A stretch of 64,000 nucleotides of DNA from assembly GCF_963921235.1 (NCBI RefSeq), contig NC_086101.1, forward strand, positions 59,024,001-59,088,000. The letters are read 5' to 3'. Below the pieces are notes generated by a model. It did no database searches. It was not told the DNA's origin and worked only from the letters and a program-made list of their open reading frames with translations. The number at the start of each line of letters is the position of its first letter. The stretch's first letter is position 1. The DNA is from Mobula hypostoma. Lineage: Eukaryota. A program made the translations under genes and the position numbers. This document shows positions 61,533 through 64,000 of this stretch, one piece after another.

Positions 61533-62203
61533 ATTAGATTAGATTATGAGGACGCTCAGTCCTCATTTATTGTCATTTAGAAATGCATGCATTAAAAAAT
61601 GATACAATATTCCTCTGGTATGATATCACAAGAAACACAAGACAAACCAAGACTAAAACTGACAAAACCACATAATTATAACATATAGTTACAACAGTGC
61701 AAAGCAATACTGTAATTCGATAAAAAGTGGACCATGGCCAGGGTGAAAAAAAGTCTCAAAGTCCCAATAGCCTCATCATCTCACGCAGACGGTAGAAGGG
61801 AAAAACTCTCCCAGCCATGAGCCTCCAAGCGCCGCAAACTTGCCTACGTAGCACCATTGGAAGCACCCGACTGCAGCGGACTCTTAGTCCGTCCAAAAAC
61901 TTTGAGCCTCCAACCAGCCCTTCGACACCGAGCACCATCTCTGCAGGAGCGCTTCGACCCCACCCTGGCCGCTGAGCAACAAGCAAAGTCGAGGACTCGG
62001 GGCCTTCCCCTCCAGAGATTTCGGACCACACAGTAGCAGCGGCAGCAAAGCAGGCATGTCAGAAGTTTCACCAGATGTTCTCCGTTCTCTCACATCCGTC
62101 TCCATCAAATCAGGATTGTGCACGGCACCCTACTTGACAGATAACAGACATCATCGCCAGATTGTCCACTGCGAGCAGCGTCGCACCACCATCTTCTTCT
62201 CTC
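61533..62203 (-). mobile_element. Non-coding retroposon family B copy 2 (about 670 bp, apparently complete)
   Basis: Head GAAGAAGATGGTGGTGCG; 3' hairpin ATGAGGAC-N5-GTCCTCAT; (ATCTA)n tail. Confidence 0.8.
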
Positions 62204-62710
62204 CAATTTATCCTGAATAGAATCAAGTTAATGTACACTGATTAAATACACGGCTGGGTATTTGTAAAAAGTAAGTAAATGCATTGATTTTGCCTTTCTG
62301 ATATCTGTAAGCACACAAATAAACAAGTAAGAATTGTTCTGACTGATTTGCGGTATTTAAAAAGAAATATGTAACCATGATGTCAAAGAAAGCAGCAGCT
62401 AATGTGATATTTATTTGAATTTTCCTTCCCATATCTCAAAGAGGACAGGAACATATTTTTCCTACTCTAAACTATTATGTCTTGTTCCTGATATACTTAT
62501 AGAATGCCTTGGAATTCTCCTTAATCTTATTTTTCAAGGACATTTCATGGCTGCTTGATGCCTTCCTTTCATTCTTTCTTTCTTTCTTGAGTTCTTTATG
62601 CAGCACCATTTAGAAAAAATCTAGGCGTTGGTTTGTAAGTGGCAAGTTACACCACCAATCAATAACCATCTCAGCAAAAGAGAGTCTAAGTACCTATGAC
62701 AGAAGTGTGC

Positions 62711-64000
62711 TGTTAAGGCACAAGTGCTCAGGGAGAGAAGCTGAGGTGGATCAACTGCTCACTGGCTTTTAATGGAAACTCTGCAGAAATAAAGAGAAAA
62801 CAATAAATGCTGGGCTAACAAGGCTGTTAATTAGAACTTTCAAACTAAAACTAATGTAGATACAGCATAGCAGCAGTGTTAATACTAAATAAATACTGCT
62901 CCTTATACACGAGGCTAAACAGTTATCTTCTTTCCTGGACCTAGGACAATAGTAAGCAGGGAAAGTTGACACTCCTGTGCTTTAGGTCAAGTCTCGACAA
63001 GGTTGAGGTGATACGAAGGGATCTAAATGCCACCACAATGAAATACTAATTGCCGGAAAGTGCACACTCATGAGTGTGATTGCTGAACCCATTCTGTAGC
63101 CTGCCTACAAGGGTACGCAGATCCCATGGCAGAGTCTGTGGTCGTGACAGGGTCCCACTGCCTAGGTGCAGCTCCTGAGACCTGTGCCTGCCAGAAATTC
63201 CAGATGACAGACTTGCCCAGGATGTCATGGGCCAGAACCCCAAAACATTCCATAGGACCATACCCCCTCAATCCATGAGATATTGGACCCTGCCCCGCAG
63301 CTGGTGAGATACAAGGTGATGCCACACAGACCAGGGAATTATCCACCAACTGGGGAGTAAGGGGGTGGGTTGAGATTGGAGCAAAGTGGAGAGGTGGTCA
63401 CCAGTTTGAACTGGGAAGAATGGAACACTGGGTAAATCTTCATTGATCAAATTAGGCATGACATATAAGAGACTGAGTTGATAACCTCCTCCACTATGAA
63501 TGGTCCCATGTCCTATATGGCCAACTTGAGGCTCTTGACTTTCAAGGGAAGATCTCTAGATGAAAGCCCAAATTTCTCTTCTGACTATGATGGAGCTGAT
63601 CAGCCAATTAGCAATGTTGTTTCTGAGCATGCAGCAGAAAAGCCCGACCCTGTTTCCACATGTACTTGTACTGCTGGACCAGCTGCTGAGAAGCAGAAAC
63701 TCACATGTCAGTCTCTTGGTCAGGGAAGAGCAGTGGTGGAATCCCCTCTTGCATTTAAAGACTTAAAGGGGTACATGGTAGCAAAAGGATGACTGGAGGT
63801 TATTATGGGCAAACTCTGCCCAAACCAATCGGGAGCTCCAGGTCGTGGGGTTGTTTCCAGCTGTTGATTCACTCCTTCAGTCTGGCTATTAGATTGGGGA
63901 TGGAAAACAGATAAGAGGCTGGCTGTAGCTCCCACAAGAGGCCAAAAACCCAGACAGATAGATTGGTATGTACATCCCCACTCTTAGAGTGCCTTTAGGG
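62711..64000 (-). mobile_element. Second sushi-group Gypsy element: integrase, chromodomain remnant and 3' LTR (63149 to about 62711); runs off the window
   Basis: GATASLLSVFHPQSNSQTEGVNQQLET; RGRVQYLMD..GYGP; LTR start TGTCACG. Confidence 0.8.

Overview
Eukaryotic, repeat-dominated non-coding DNA, probably an intron or intergenic region of a cartilaginous fish (likely a ray; inferred from the mix of CR1, Rex1/Babar, Penelope, V-SINE and DeuSINE elements). No host protein-coding gene can be identified with confidence, and almost every long ORF is a transposon remnant or a junction chimera. Contents: many CR1 LINE copies (one with an open 636-aa linker/RT frame); Rex1/Babar, L1, Tx1 and HERO-like LINE fragments; two Penelope-like subfamilies carrying minimal type-I hammerhead ribozymes; a full-length decayed Tf1/sushi-group chromodomain Gypsy element with ACTCC TSD; a deleted Gypsy element with PNMA-like Gag; solo LTRs; an endogenous-retrovirus-like integrase remnant; tRNA-derived SINEs; and two families of non-coding non-autonomous retroposons. 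Best leads: (1) a 133-bp TSD-flanked insertion that is little more than a hammerhead ribozyme plus tail (26425-26557); (2) a 2-kb palindromic Penelope unit flanked by one 14-bp TSD (37822-39809); (3) a self-priming signature in the sushi element; (4) non-autonomous elements with ETS/YY1 heads and Rex-like tails. Family names come from motif recognition, not database searches. Boundaries without a TSD are approximate.
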